Part shown: in pieces, positions 39,501-52,838 of the stretch
Layout of the letters: the number at the start of each line of letters is the position of its first letter
Numbering within the stretch: the first letter of the stretch is position 1
Source of the DNA: Camelus ferus
Lineage: Eukaryota
Reading direction: 5' to 3'
DNA: 64,000 nucleotides
Assembly: GCF_009834535.1 (NCBI RefSeq)
Contig: NC_045696.1
Span: 4,094,001-4,158,000 of the forward strand
Notes under the pieces: model-generated
Seen by the model: the letters and a program-made list of their open reading frames with translations, nothing else
Database searches by the model: none
What the model was told of the DNA's origin: nothing
Made by a program: the position numbers and the translations under genes

Positions 39501-42500
39501 CAACATATCAGATAACAGTTTATATACTTAATATAATTTAAAGAACATTATATTTTATATTGTAAAAAGAGCAGTGAATTTTTTTTTTAGGGAAGTGTAG
39601 CTGACTTACAATGTTGTGTTAGTTTCAGGCGTACAGCACAGTGATTCAGTCACACACATATACGTGTGTGTGTGTGTGTATATGTCACACATTCATTCCT
39701 TGCCCTTCTTTCTTTGGATCCAGCACCAACAGGCATTGTGAACCCTAAGCAATGATCTCCCCTCCATGATGGGTGCCCGAGACAGGGGCAGCAGACTCCA
39801 AACTGAGAGCAGGTGGAAGGCAGGCAGGAGCAGGACGTTTCTCTATGACCAGCTTGGCCAGAAGAGACAGGGGATGACCAGGTGGGACAGCTGGGCTGGG
39901 TTCTGACCCGAGATGTCCCCTGTTCCTCCTCCTGCCAGTCAGAAGGATGAACCAGTCGTGGGGGCAGCTGGCACCCTCTCTGCTCCTCCTGGTTGAGGCA
40001 GACCTGGGGGCTGGGGCCCGGGGCCCAGGGACAGTAACAAGGGGGCCCGCCCCACTGGGCAAGCAAGGTCCTGAACGAGCCTCGGTCTGCCTGCCTCTCT
40101 TGCCCCCTGACCTCAGGACACTCACCTGAAGGCCTGACGCTGGAGTCTCCCTGCATGGCCATCACAGGGACCCCTCCCCTCCCTACTGCCTTCCTCCTCC
40201 CACGGGGGCATGGCTGTCCATGTGGCAGCCAGCTCCCCTGGGTGCTGGGGTGGGGTGGAAGCAGGAGCCTGTGCCCTGCTGGGAGCGAGGCTTCTGCCTG
40301 CAGAGGGCAGGCCTTCCGAACCCAGGGCCCCTGCAAAGTTCAGGTGCTGCTCACGAGGATATGTGCAGGTGGGTTTTCCAGCAGGCAGGTGACAGGTTTT
40401 CATCAGCTCCTCCAAGGAGGATGTGGCTCTAGTGGCAAGGGTGACACGGAGATGGTATTCGTGTTTTCTCACTGTCTGGGAACGGTCGAGTAACTCGTAC
40501 GGCATTTTTTAAAGGCTTTCTTACCTTTCCATCCACTTCCTAGAAGCACAAAATGTCATTACACAAATGAAGAAAAATCATATTCCTTATTCGGAGAGAG
40601 GGTGTCAGGGCAGATGTGTCTTCTGAGAAGACAGAGCTGTTTCCCACCTGCCTGCCTCTTCTCCTACCACGTTCCCTGAAGGACACCTCCAGGCTTTCAG
40701 CACTTTTCCCGACATTCCTTCCCCAAGATGAGAAGGTAAAGCTCAGGTGGACAGAGGGATGCTGATGCCCCGGCCGGGGACCGGCGGCCTCCCGCTCCGT
40801 GTCCTGCCTCCCTGTGTCCTGAGACACCTGAGCATCAGACCAGACGCCCTGACCGTCAGCATCGTCTCCGGCAGAGCGGGCCTCCTGCTGTGAACTTCTG
40901 TCTTAGAACCGACCCTCTTCCTGAGGAAGGTCAACTTTTCTCCTACTTACATTTATCAAAACAAACACAGAGTCTTAGATGCCACCTGGACCCACAGGGT
41001 TTTTAATTTCCCGAAGCAGGGTTCAGGACTCTTTCTTTCCTAAATACTTCCTGATTTGGGAACTATCATCTCATTCACCCTTTAAATGGGCCGGATGATT
41101 CCAGAGACACCGCCTTGCCGTGTGCACCAGGTCGACAGGGATGATGACTGCATCGCAGCCATTTCAGTTCACACTTCAGTGTGAGGTTCAAGCCCAGGCC
41201 GCACCCACAAGGAGCGCTCGTCCCTCTGTGGCCCAGGATCCTGTCTGGCTGGAGCCTCAGCGGTGCAGGTGGCGCAGCTCAGCTGCTCAGCGGCGCCCAG
41301 GTGGGGAAATGCTGAATGCTCCCGCGGGCGCGGCGCTGACGGCAGACTGTGCGGTCCCCTCCCCACGCCCCCCGGGGAGAGTGGCTCTGCTGCTCACATG
41401 CCTTCAGTGTGGGGCCTGGAAACTGGCACCGTGCCACATGTTCAAGGCTGTGGTCCTGGGCTTCTACCAGGTGGAGCCGAAGCCCAGAGGTCACAGCATC
41501 ACAATGTGGGAGTTTATTTCAGAATCGGAAAGAGCCCGCATGTAAATATCACCCCCAATGATGGGGACAACCCAAAGGCATCAGCGGCTAGCGAGTGGCG
41601 GGATTAGAACGAAGATGAGTGTTCCTGGCTTCCCGTCCGTGTTCCAGAAAAGTAGCGATTCCGCTGTTCTTCCGTTTCATCCTGGTTCAGAGTCCAGGCA
41701 GGTGACTCAACACGGCCAATTCACTCGGTTTAATTTTGTCTCCCAAGACCTTCCAGGACAATGACGGGACGATGCACGGTGGGAGAACGTGGAAGAAAAC
41801 GTGCGCAGGGCTCTCGGCCGCGCACCCCACCCTGTCCTTCCCTCTGCCGCCCGCGCTGTGAGCCCGGCTTCCAATTAAACCCATTCCTTCACTCAGTCAC
41901 AAGTTCTAACTACACAAACACCTAATCCCCACGGGTCTGTGAAACAGCAGACACCGCCCTCAGCCCTGCAGGGGCAGCGGTGACACGCGAACAGGAGAGA
42001 CAGGCAGTGAGTGAGTGAGGAGAAGGTCCCTGCAGCCTGTGAGACGTGCCGTGTAGGAAACAGGCGTGAGCGGCTGAATGTGCGTGAGAAGCACCCCACA
42101 AATCAACGAGAACAGAGCACAGCCCCTCAGAAACGGGCAAGTCACAGATGTGTAATTACAGGAGTGGGGGCCTGGGGGCAGAGGCCTAATGGCCCGGAGG
42201 CAGCTGCAGGCGGCCCTGGACGGCCACCCGCCCGCCTGTGGGTCCAGCAGGTTTGCACCCTGGCACCCCGACCAGCCCACTGTGCTCGGGATCAAGTCAC
42301 ACGGAGGCTGGAGTGAGGCCGGGCTCCTCCCCTCAGCTCTTCCGTGTTCCTCCTCCTGCCCGTCACAAAGAAGTACGGCCTGCCAGCCCTCCGCATCTTG
42401 GATTCAACCAACCAGGGATCGAAAGGATTCAAAAAGATATTCCAGAAAGGTCCAAAAGGAAAACTTGAATTTGCATCCTGCAGGCAACTGCTGACATAGC

Positions 42501-45500
42501 GTTTACGTCATATTAGGTATCGCAAGGAATCCAGACATGACAAGGTATGGAGAGGGCTGCTGAGAGAGCAAATCGTTAAGAGTTCCCATCACAAAAAATT
42601 CATTTTTCTATTTCTTTAATTTTGTGCCTTTGCAAGATGCCAGCTGTTCACTAAACCTGTGATAATCATTTTATGACGTGTGCATGTCGCATCATGATGC
42701 TGTAAACCTTAAACGTACACGGTGCTGTCTGTCGATTATGTCTCAGTAAAACCGGAAGAAAAAAAGAAGAAAGTCTGCGGGAGGATGTGCGCCGGTGATG
42801 CAGACACTGCGCTGTTTTGTCTAAGGGACTTGAGCACCCGTGGATTTTGGTGCCCACGGGGGCCCTGGAGTCGGGTCCCCGGATATGGGCAATGACTGTA
42901 GGAGTCTCGGGTCCCACTTGCTCTTCCAAACTCATTGGAAACTTGAGAAACGCTTGTCCCAGCAGGGAGCTGCCGCTTTACGCAGGTCAGACTGGCGAAC
43001 TCAGAAAGCTGCGACCTGCAGGTGTTGGTGAGGATGGTGGGAGAGGATGGCTGGAGACCGGAGCCCGCACACTGCCGGTGGGATGCAGACAGCAGGCTGG
43101 TCTTGGAAAGGCGTCGGGTTCGACTTGGTCACCTTAAGCCGACACACACGCTGTGGCTAATAGTTCCACCCTGGATGCGCAAATCACATAGAAAACTTCC
43201 CCCAGGTCTGAGCGCATCTGTGCGGGTCCTGAGTCACGAGGGGGAAATGTGGGGCCTCGCCCCGGCAGGACGGGAGGAGAGGCACCCACAGCAAGACAGG
43301 GCCATAGGCACGGCACCGAGTGACACTGAGACACGAGGTTTACAACGGCCCGGAATGCAGGCCCACAGAACAGAATGGTCAGGTCAGCAATTAACTATTT
43401 ATCAGACAGTTCGGAGGGCTGGGGGAAAAGTCAGAGTGGGAGGCTGGATAAAGGGATAAGTAAATAAAATGAGGGAGGCCTGGGCTGGTGCAGGGATAGC
43501 TGGCTGGTCACCTCCACCACAGGTACCAGAGGTTCAGATGGGGGAGGGAGGGAGGGAGGAGGCCTCTGAGGAGGAGGACATGGGGGTGCTGAGCCCTGCA
43601 GGGGGAGGGGACTGTGTTTCCATCCTTTTCCAAGGAGCACAGAACCTTCCAGGAAGTAGATGGGCTGAATGTGAGGCCTAGCCCCACCCCCACCCCCACC
43701 CCTATTAAGTATGAGGAATAGGAGACCTCAGAGAAAGGCAGGAGCAGCAGATTCCAGCAACCACCAGGGGCCCTGCTGAGGTCAGGCTAGGTCTGGAAAG
43801 CCGGCTGACTCAGCGAGTCTCTCCCATGAGCCAGGATTCAAAATCACGCTGCAATGGTGGGGAGGCAACATGTGACACAGGGACAGCGTGCATCCAAGGA
43901 GAGCTGGCCTGGCGGGCAAGTTAACTTCGGGAAATCTGAAGCCCGGACCTAAGGCCCCCACAGCTCTAGGGACTGGGCCACTTTAAGAGAATAGAGAGCA
44001 CAGTGGAAAAAGCCAAACCTGGATAGAGGTGCGCCAGCCCGAGGTGGGGGCCCGTGTGGTCTTGCTCGGGAGCAGGGCAGGAGTGCAAGGAGTTCAGTGC
44101 CCCGAGCCTCGGTTTCTGAGATTCATTTCACTCAGTGCGCAGTACACTGACCTCCCATCTCCACGTGCTCCTGTCTTTGCTTCTGATGCTGTCCCACCCG
44201 TTGGTCACCACCCGCAGGGGACTGGGGGACCGTGCAACTGAGAACAGCACGGCGCTGGGACAGGAGGAACTGAGCGCTTCCACAGCTCGCATTGACCTCG
44301 TTCCGAGGCGGGGAAAGCACATCCTTGCCTGCCTGTTCAGGACGCACAGGAGGAGCCCAGGAGGCAGCACCTGGACAAGGGGCACCTGTCCCTGGGAGTG
44401 TCCCCTCCAGTCACGCTGCTGATGACAGCATGGCGTAGGCCTTGGGGCAAAGCCAGCCTAGCTCCGCGGACCCTTTAATCTCTTCTCCACCTGAGCACTA
44501 AACTACGAATCACTAGTCTCAACCGCAAACTCTGAGTCCACCAGACCCCCAATCAGCCCTGTGTCCCTCCAAAGGGGAGATGCCCTACAACCCAGCAGTC
44601 CCACTCCTGGGCATTTATCCAGAGGAACCTCTAATTCAGACAGACACCTGCACCCCGATGTTCACAGCAGCACTATTTACAATAGCCAAGACGTGGAAGC
44701 AACCTAATTTTCCGTGGATAGATGACTGGATAAAGGAGTTGTGGTGCATTTACACAATGGAATACTACTCAGCCCTAACAAAGAATAAAATAATGTCATT
44801 TGCAGCAGCATGGATGGACCTAGAGATTTGCATACTGAGTGAAGTAAGCCAGAAAGAGAAAGAAAAATGCCATATAATATCACCTACATGTGGAATCTTA
44901 AGAAAAAAAGGTCACGAACTTATTTACAAAAGAGAGGCAGACTCACAGACATAGGAAATAAACTCATGGTTACTGGAGGGGAAAGGAGGTGGGAAGGGAT
45001 AAATTGGGAGTTTGGGATTAGCATATACTACTATGTGTAAAATAGACAAAAGGGTCCTACTGTATAGATTAAGGAACTATACTCAATGCACTGTAATAGC
45101 CTATAATAAAAAGGAATATGAAAAGGAATATTTATATATTTTTATATATATACATAAATGAATCACTACGCTGTACACCAGAAATTAACACAACATTGTA
45201 AATCAACTACGCTGCAATTAAAAGAAAAGTGGAGGTTCCAAGCCAGCTGGCCGGGACACAGCCGTCACGGCTGCCTCTGGCCACCACCTTTGGGTTCCAG
45301 ATAACCTGGTGTGCTTCAGTCACAGGGAGAGGGTGACAGCCTTCCTGGCCCACGCCGATGGGAGTCAGAAACCACAGTGAATGAGTCCTTCTAAAAAGAC
45401 CAGCGACAGAGGCGGCTCCTAGAGGTAAGCCTGTATCCAGGACAGACGTCACGTTTTGTTCAAAATGGAGAAAATGAGAAAGTAGCCCTTGGAGGGCAAC

Positions 45501-48500
45501 GCTCATGCCCCCCACATGGGAGGTCTCCCCTGCGGCACTGGGCCCCATGCACAGCCCTTATGCAACAATCTATCTGATTTATGCAACTTCACTGTGAAAA
45601 CCTTATTAAAACTGACACAAAACACTTCAGTCACAGTCATTTCCTAGAAAGTTTTTTTTTTACTCGTCACAGAAGGTAATTAAATCTGAAAAGGAATGGT
45701 GTTGACACATTTTTAAAATCATTACCAGGTTCTCTTTATTTGTGCAAATTATTTCTGTATAATTTATTTCTGTATTAAAAATATGCCAGCATACCTACTT
45801 ACAAGACTTTGAAAAAAGGTACATCTGACTATTTTAGGGCCCCACGCATTTTCCAATGCAATTTTAATGGATCTTTTGTAATTTCACTGCATTCCCAGTC
45901 CCAACGCAGAGTTTTACTTAACGCACCCTGCACACGACGTCTGTTTTCCTAACTCATAGTTTGCCTCGGGGTCTCCCAGGGGGACGAGGGGGGACCTACC
46001 TTGGAATGGTGTAGGAACCACAGGAGAGGACCTTCCCTCCTCCTCCTCCTCCTCAGCCTCGTCAACACAAATGACCAGTCGGGCAGACCGGAGGCCAGAG
46101 GCTCACCTCACCGCGGCAGCTGGGCTGAGACCCGACCGTGGTACTCACCTCTCAGGACGGGCCTCTCACCGATGCTCCGGATGCTGTAGATGGTGCCGGA
46201 CAGAGGCACAGCTGGAATGAGCTCTGCGAGCAGGTACCCGGAATACCAGGCGCACAGGGAGGCGAAGACGAGGAACGCTGCCTTCAGGGTGCCTGCGGAC
46301 ACACAAGACACGAGTGGGTGCCCCTAGCGCGGCTTTCCTGACCCAACCCTCCACCTTCCCGAGACAGTGCTTGGCACCAGTGTCCACAGGATGCGCTGAG
46401 GGGAGATCACCCTGGAGGCTGGCGGGCGAGGGCCCGGGGCCACCTGATGGGGCCACGACGTCGGCTCATGGCTCCGAGGGCAGGCTTTTGAGATAAACCG
46501 GAGCAGGTAACGTGAACAGGATGTGAAGGCTCTCGAGGCCAAAGGTTCCCATTTGCCGTTGTGCTGGGGCCCGGAGCTTCCTCAGGTGCTCACGCCAAGG
46601 ACTCATCAAGTTGCCTTGACACAGGCCTAAAAAGACAGAGGGGGCCCTTCCCTCTGCAAGCCCCGGGAAGCGCCTTCAAGCAGGTGGAAATTCTGTTCTG
46701 TCTGCTGCTGGGCGGCCAGTGCTGGGGATGGCACCTGTGTCCTGGGAACACGCAACTGCCCCTGTGTCACTGGAAAAAGTTCCCCACCATCATCATCCTC
46801 AGAGACAAGCCTGCAGGGACACCAGAGGTTCCCCTGGCAGGACGTCCCTGGAGATTATCTGATTGATAGGCTTCCAGAATCTTCCTCTCAGTTCCTCAGG
46901 AAAGGCATTTACTCCTTCCTCGGTTATCGGAGGTCTAGGGGACAGTTCCGCCCCTTCATAGACAATCTGCTCCTGGATCTTTGGCATTTCACTCCCTAAA
47001 TAGTTCACAGATCAGGACTGTGCAGGATTCCCAACACTGCCGAGACGCAGGGATGGCCATAGGCCTGCAGGAAAGGGACCTCAAGATGTCCCCACTGGCA
47101 TTTCTGTGCTAACAGGTCCAGTCCTAAGAAATAAAGGGAAGGAAAGAAGGAAGGAGAACAAGGGGGAGGAGAGGGGATGGAAGGGGAGGGGAGGGTGACC
47201 CCACACCCTCTCAGGCCAAACATCTGGAAACAGTCATCCTCTAGAGTGGCCTCCAGGCTGCTCCTTCCACCCATGGCAGCTGTGCTGGTCAAGGCCTCCA
47301 AAGGCCTCCCCATTGCCTGCCCCAGGCCCCTGGATGACGGTCCCGCCCTGACCGTGTTCTCCCCGGACGGCTCCTACGCTCCCGAGGGGTCCCCACCTCG
47401 TGGGCAGGCTTTCCCTGGCAGGGTGCATCCCGGACCTGTCCTCAGGATCCTAGATGAGGTCACCCAGACTGTCCTCTGGGTTCCTGACTACGATGTCCCC
47501 TTTCCAACCCCCATCAGCACCCTGGGAGGCCCCACAGGGCCTCACATGTAGCATGTCCCAGATGAGGCCCTAGATTCTCCCCGGCTCCCCAGATCTGTCC
47601 CTGCCCTGAGTCTCTCCCAGCTCAGCTGGGCAGATAGGGCCAGGTACCGGAGACGAGGACCTCATCCTTGATCCCACACCCCACTCCTAGCCTTCAGTGG
47701 AGCCCATCAGCCAGTCTTGCTGGGGCAGCTTCCAAAATCAACCTCACCTCCACAGACTTCTCTTGGCCTCTACTGCCTCCAACTCCCCAGGCCACCACCA
47801 CCCTAGCTTATCTCTTTCGCAGGTGGTGAAACCCCCACACCCAGGGGTGCTCCGAATGGAGCATTGATGTATCACAAGGAGTATAATAAAGAGAACGTCT
47901 TGCGGAGGGAGGGTATAGCCCAGAGGGAGAGAGCATGCTTAGCATGCTTGAGGTCCTGGGTTCAATCCCCAGCACCTCCACTAAAAAAAAAAAGTTAAAA
48001 AAAAAGAACACATGTGATCTTTATCCCACATCCCTGCACAAAACACCTAAAACCCTGGAACTCCCTGATCAGGGGGTCTGCTGTCCTGGTTCATAAGGAG
48101 CCCCTTTCAGCCACACCAGGGTTTATGCTAACAAGGTAACTGGGTGCATCTTTGGATAGCTTCTGGGGAGGGGCTGGCCATGCTGGAAAGACCCAGTCTG
48201 TGACTGGGTCACATGGTGGGGCCTGACACGTCATCCCCACCCCCGACCTCCAGGAGGGGAGAGGGAATGGAGGCTGAGCTCAGTCACATGACCAGCAATG
48301 CACTAAGACCCCAGTGAAACTCTGGAGGGCTTCCTGGTGGTGCGCACACTGATGTGGCAGGAGGTGATGTGCCCCGACACCAAGGGCGGGGCACAAACTC
48401 CCACTCCAGGACCCTCCCAGTCTCTGCCCCGTATGTCCCTTCATTTGGCTGGTCCTCCTGATTTGGATCCTTTCGAATAAAACTATAATTGTAAATATAG

Positions 48501-51500
48501 TTATGTTTTTAGTGTTTCTGTAAGTTGCTGGAGGAAATTATCAAACCCCCAGGAGGGGTGGGAACCCCCAGATTTGCAGCCAGCTTCTCAGAACCGTGAG
48601 CAGCTCCCGAGACCTGTTGCTGGCGTCGGAAGAGAGGGCAGCTCATGGAGGACGTGTCCCGTAACCCGTGGGCGCTGGCGCTGACTGTGTGGTCAGGTCA
48701 GAGCTGAACTGAACGGCTGGACATCCAGCTGGTGTCAGAGGCTCCGCGTCTCCCCACCCAGAGCCCTGAGCAGGCACCAGTGGGCGTTCCCCTGCTTTTC
48801 TGAGTGCACAGCCCCCCACCCTCCAGCACCCAGCCAGAGGTGCCCCCCTCTCTCCGGGCAGTGATGCAATGCAAACCTGTCCGTCAGCCTGGCCATGTTG
48901 AGCCCTGGATCTCAGCCCCCTCTTCCCTTCTAGCACCTTAGAGGTTTCCCCTCACTGAACCCCCACTGGTTAAGCTTTGTCGGGTCCGTGTGTGCCGATG
49001 CATGGGCACTGGCTAGTTCGTTAGGCAATCATCCTGGTGGAATGGGACACCTCCATCTCACCTTGACCATTTGGTTGTTTTTCAAGTTCATGTGTCAACA
49101 TCAATCATTTTTTTCTCTTTTACAAACCATGCAGTCTCTAAGATTGTTAGGACATAACGCAGAGATGGCTTCCTATTGCAAAATGCCTGAGACAGTGTGG
49201 CCACTGCAGTTCCCAGGACAGAGGGACCTCTCCAAGCCAGAAGAAGCCACAGAAAACACAGAAGCACAAAAGCAATGGATGAAGCAGGCGTGCTGTCCTG
49301 GGAACTCCGTTTGCTCCGTGCTCCAGTTGTGCTGACCTGCTGCCCTTTCCTGCTGTCCCTGTGTTTGAGTTTGTCCCTCTGCCTCCGGGGCGCCCTCGTC
49401 CACAGACCCCTGGCCATCTCTCTCTCCTCCTTCAAGGACCCCAGCAGCTCTGGGGCCCCTCCTTGGTGCAGCCCACACAGACACCCTCACGACCGCCCTT
49501 CACACGCCCCAGGGGCGCAGCACGCCAGACCCCTCTTCTCCAGGTCTGCGTCCACACTCCTAAGCCGGTGTGAGGGTCCAGTGATGCTCCAGGACACACT
49601 GTTGGACGCACGCTGACTGCGGGAAACAGGGATTCAGCATCCACAGAGTCTCAGGTCCCAAAGCAACAGCGCACTGTGCCCCGTGCCTCCGAGCACAGCC
49701 GGACTACTTTATCCAAGCGTCATATTTGAATAAGAAAATTCGCAAAGCAGAAATTATTCAGAAGACTTTCTAGACCCCATGTCACACGTGAGATCTTTAA
49801 GCAAAGAGCTGCTGTTTCAATGGGAAAAGACTGAAAGGGAACGTGGTGCCACCTCTCAGATGCCTTCCATCCCGCACGGAAGGGAGGCCTGCCTTTATCC
49901 CCAGGTGAACAAGGACAAGCAGGTGGAAGTGACAGAGAAGAAAATGAAGAGTGAATCAAAGCCACGCCTCCTGACAAGGAGAGCCCTGGGCATTTTCTGG
50001 CTCCAAGAAAGTTTATGAAGTGTCCATGCTCCAGGTCGGGGATGCCTGCGGTGGCCGGAGGAAGGGAGCCTTGGAGCCAGAAGCACCTCGGGGGGGGGGG
50101 GGGGGCCAGACCCAGCAGCCCACATGGGACCAGTTCATCCTGAGAAGACAGGGTGCAGGCTGGCGGCGGACCCGGCACCCGGTGGGGGCGCAGGGGAGGA
50201 TTCGTCTTGGGAAAGGTGGGCGCACAGGGACTCGGCTAAGACAGCCCCGGGGGGGCCAGCCCTGGCAGGAGGGGCCCAGCAGCTTCCGACATGGGGGAGG
50301 AGGGAGAGGAAGGACACAGAGTCCAGGAACCGTGCGGGATTCTGTAACCAGGACCCAGCCTACTCTCAGAAGGTAATCAAGTCACCATCAGCCCACAGAC
50401 ACCCCCTCCCAAGTGCTTCCACCCCGCGGGCACAGGTGAGAGAGCAAAGGCCAATTCTGAGCGCCGCAGGAGGTCGGGGACTTCCTCCTCGGAGGCCCTC
50501 GTGGAGGGCGCAAGTGTGTTCCCGCCACCTGTGCGGACCTGTGTGCGCGTGCACGTGTGTGTCCTACACTCACCCCACCCTCAGAGCCTTGGGGGGTCTC
50601 AGGCTGGCCCAGACACTTCACTTCCACTGGAGGCCAAAGCAGTCTGAAAACCAGTAACACTAAGCCAGGCTACATATAAGTGGGGGATGGGTCTCTGAGT
50701 GCCCGCCCCTCCAGCCCGGCAGCCCTGCAGAGGGCCGTCCTGAGCCCTTAAGAACACACATGGGGGGATTTCCTTCAAGTAGCATGCAGGATGAGGAAGC
50801 TATTTGTCACTGGCACCCTCCCCCTGGGAGCCCAAATCTCGTCACCCTGGAGACAGCCACTCCTGCATCCCTCGTTCTTAAGAGGCTGGGGATGCTGAGG
50901 GGTGGCTGAGCCAGACTTGAGATGCAGCTGCTTTGTGGCTTCAGCTCTGCTGGCCTTAGTGTCCCCTGTCTTCACTGTCCAAGTGACGAAGTCTTTCTGG
51001 TAGTAAGCTGGGAAGTGCCACACCTGGACACAACACGTGATTTGCAAGGTTACCCACCTTTCAAAGTACACATGACAACACCCTCATTGTGAGGAAAGGG
51101 GATGACAGCTGCCAGGAAGCTGCTCCCAGATGAAGGGCGGTGGAGGCTTAACATACTCCAGCCCTTCAGTCTGCTTGTCCCTCCTGTGAGCTGTGTCCCT
51201 ACCTGAGGCAGATCTGGTGCAGGGGAATGCTGTTTCCACAAATGTCACCAAATCTTTAGCTCACAAAATCAAAAGGGACATGGCCCTGAGCTTCTGCGGG
51301 GCGGGGGGGGGGGTTGTCACAACCAGACACACCTGGAGCAGTGCAAACTTGGTGTTACTTCAGAGCTTCATGTGAAAGGGCTACATAGCCCACAAGTGAG
51401 TCACGAGGGCTGTGTGTGAAAAAGCTGCGGGAGGGGCAAAACGACCTGATAACACTCAGCATCTTCCCATCGAGGAACCAGCAAAACCGTATCACAAGCA

Positions 51501-52838
51501 TATAATGTAGGAATAACAAAAAAATTCTTCTAAATTCACGGTAACGGAAGCCAGTGCCCCTGGGAGATGTCTTCTCCCAAGAAGAGATGTGTGTCCCCTA
51601 CAGCCCACACAGGGCGCCCCAAACAGTGCTGGTCACCCATAAACGGTTCTGTAGCAAACACCAGTATTTTACACAACAAAACAAAAATCTTCAACTTTGG
51701 GTCTCCTACCCTTTGGGGATGAGCAGAAAAGACGGTGCTTAGAACATCCTGCAGCGCAACCACACAGCCAGAAGGCCAGCCAGGAAGGATGAAGGCCACT
51801 GAGGCTAACAAACACCTCGCAGCAACGACCTGCCGCCAGACAGGGGCAGTGACCTTGAAAGATGCCAAGAGAGCTTTCCATTTTGGAATTTAAAATGTTT
51901 GCACAGTCTGCTGCCTTGCTCCAGGAGGAAGCCAGATTATAATCCTTCAGATTATACGAAGAAACAGCCAAACCGTTCAAAAGGCAATGTGTGCCTGTGG
52001 CGGGAGGTTCACCTGGACCCCACTGACAGCAATGGAGGCGGGCAGGGAAGACAGGCCACCGTCAGGAAGACAGGCACCGAGGGACAAAATGACTCTTGAA
52101 ATAGTTGGGGATTTTCTCTCCACTTTCCTATTTGCCCCAAGAATTCAGAGACTCAAGTAGTTTGATAAAACGGAAGGAAACAAAAGCCTTATAAAAAGAT
52201 GCTACCGGAACTGTTATAATAAGGGACAATGGGGCATTCCATGTCAATTAGTCCCCACGTCTCACCCACCCACAGGCCAGTGACTTAAAAAGGTCTGTCC
52301 CACACTTTTCACAATTTCTTGGGTTGGTCAGGTACCTGAGGCTAATGATCTCTGCCTCCAACTGGAGAAGCCACAGGTGGATCCACAGGTGCCTCTAACC
52401 AGCGCCTGGCAGCCCCGGCGTCCCTTCCCTCCCCTCCCAGGAAGTTCCAGCGCCCCTGCTGGCACCTGCGGCCCGGAGGAAGGCGCCCTCTCCGCTTGGG
52501 GCTCACCGGGTTCTGCTCCACCTGCGCTCACCCAACACCTACTTTTCAGGCCAAACGTCCCTCTCACTGACACCCCCACCCCTACCCGCCACGCACGCAG
52601 CTAGGGCGGTGGGGACCGGTAGGAGGGCGGAGGAAAAACTCCAGCCAACTTGCCTGCCGCATTCGCTTCCCGCATTCCTGGTCACCGATCCAAGAGAAAA
52701 CCCTGTCCGGGGGCGCCCCTACCTCTGGCTCAGTGTGGCGGGTCCCAGGAAGGGCGAGGCAGCGACTCTCCCCTGCCCAGGGGTCCCTTCCCTCCTCCCG
52801 CGGTGGAGTTCGCACTCACCGGCAGTCCCGGGGCGCAT
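18489..52838 (-). CDS. FAM3B: FAM3B (PANDER), complete 8-exon CDS, 708 nt / 235 aa
   Basis: Exons 52820-52838, 46149-46292, 36771-36894, 27228-27286, 26213-26263, 25008-25095, 23843-23975 and 18489-18578 splice in frame with GT-AG sites. The product has an N-terminal hydrophobic signal/anchor and four FAM3 cysteines ([16 protein letters not shown]). Confidence 0.97.
19150..21560 (-). mobile_element. Old L1 (3' UTR and decayed ORF2)
   Basis: Antisense L1 hallmarks. Minus-strand remnants such as [17 protein letters not shown] (19887-20114) and [16 protein letters not shown]. Confidence 0.85.
21245..21350 (-). mobile_element. Vic-1-like SINE nested in L1
   Basis: ggaggtactggggattgaaccc...gcatgctaagcatgagctctaccactgagctatatccaccc, flanked by an imperfect TSD tgtaaatatccttt / tgtagatacctttt. 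Confidence 0.8.
23843..23975 (-). CDS. FAM3B: FAM3B exon 7 (133 nt): (R)[44 protein letters not shown]
   Basis: Acceptor cgcccag|A, donor AAG|gtgagt. Confidence 0.96.
25008..25095 (-). CDS. FAM3B: FAM3B exon 6 (88 nt): (D)[28 protein letters not shown](R)
   Basis: Acceptor ccggcag|AT, donor AG|gtgagc. Confidence 0.96.
26213..26263 (-). CDS. FAM3B: FAM3B exon 5 (51 nt): (Y)[16 protein letters not shown](D)
   Basis: Acceptor ttttcag|AT, donor G|gtaagg. Confidence 0.95.
26547..26610. repeat. Two-copy ~31-bp tandem duplication
   Basis: cttcccacaaacaccagagacccc(t/g)ctcagtc present twice in tandem. Confidence 0.85.
27228..27286 (-). CDS. FAM3B: FAM3B exon 4 (59 nt): (M)[19 protein letters not shown](Y)
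   Basis: Acceptor ctttcag|G, donor T|gtaagt. Confidence 0.95.
28240..29700 (+). mobile_element. Old L1 ORF2 3' fragment interrupted by an LTR
   Basis: aaactgattctaaaattcaca ... ggatttcattaaaattaagaatttctgc ... cacacctattagaatg. Confidence 0.75.
28864..29347 (+). mobile_element. ERV solo LTR inserted in L1
   Basis: TGT...ACA termini and internal aataaa (~29172). L1 sequence resumes on both sides. Confidence 0.65.
29710..31330 (-). mobile_element. Old L1 5' region / ORF1 remnant
   Basis: ORF 30191-30397 ([36 protein letters not shown]) resembles the L1 ORF1p coiled coil. Confidence 0.7.
31692..31836 (+). mobile_element. Short 5'-truncated young L1 tail
   Basis: cacaccagaaattgacacaacattgtgaactgactata...caataaaa with a perfect 16-bp TSD tcttataaatcaattt at 31676-31691 and 31837-31852. 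Confidence 0.8.
31920..32125. mobile_element. Tigger-family MITE (MER8-like)
   Basis: cagtccctgcgggagactggtttctggacc ... atccgcggttggctgaatccacggatgtggaaccc...ggagggccgac. Confidence 0.6.
32553..33155 (+). mobile_element. ERV1-class LTR
   Basis: tgacaaggattctctccttgaccaaact ... ctgatcaccctcc ... gactataaattc TATA. Confidence 0.55.
35363..35579. mobile_element. MER20 hAT-Charlie DNA transposon
   Basis: cagtggttct...gattttgccacccaggggacacatgacaatgtctggagac...gtgctgaggtggagagccctg. Confidence 0.8.
36771..36894 (-). CDS. FAM3B: FAM3B exon 3 (124 nt): (A)[40 protein letters not shown](M)
   Basis: Acceptor gttacag|CG, donor AT|gtaagt. Confidence 0.96.
42370..42900. mobile_element. MER2-like Tigger element split by an L1 3' fragment (~42545-42770)
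   Basis: ggattcaaccaacc...tcatattaggtat, then an L1 tail (taagagttcccatcaca...ctcagtaaaaccggaagaaaaaa), then agggacttgagcacccgtggattttggt. Confidence 0.6.
44578..45228 (+). mobile_element. 5'-truncated lineage-specific L1 (ORF2 C-terminus + 3' UTR)
   Basis: ORF 44580-44954 [13 protein letters not shown]...[19 protein letters not shown]...[11 protein letters not shown] is the L1 ORF2 C-terminal region, followed by an A-rich tail. Confidence 0.9.
46149..46292 (-). CDS. FAM3B: FAM3B exon 2 (144 nt): (G)[47 protein letters not shown](A)
   Basis: Acceptor tccgcag|GC, donor G|gtgagt, hydrophobic signal segment. Confidence 0.96.
47865..48738. mobile_element. MER21-like LTR containing a SINE
   Basis: tcataaggagcccctttc, cctccaggaggggga, ggaacccccagatttgcagccagc, ends ggtgtcaga. 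Confidence 0.6.
47904..48005 (+). mobile_element. Vic-1-like SINE
   Basis: ggagggtatagcccagag...agcatgcttagcatgcttgaggtcctgggttcaatccccagcacctcca plus polyA, with tRNA A/B-box-like motifs. Confidence 0.85.

Noticed and set aside
47904..47985. tRNA-like sequence (also at ~17.5, 21.3 and 57.4 kb)
   Set aside because: PolyA tails, flanking duplications and degeneracy show these are SINEs, not tRNA genes.
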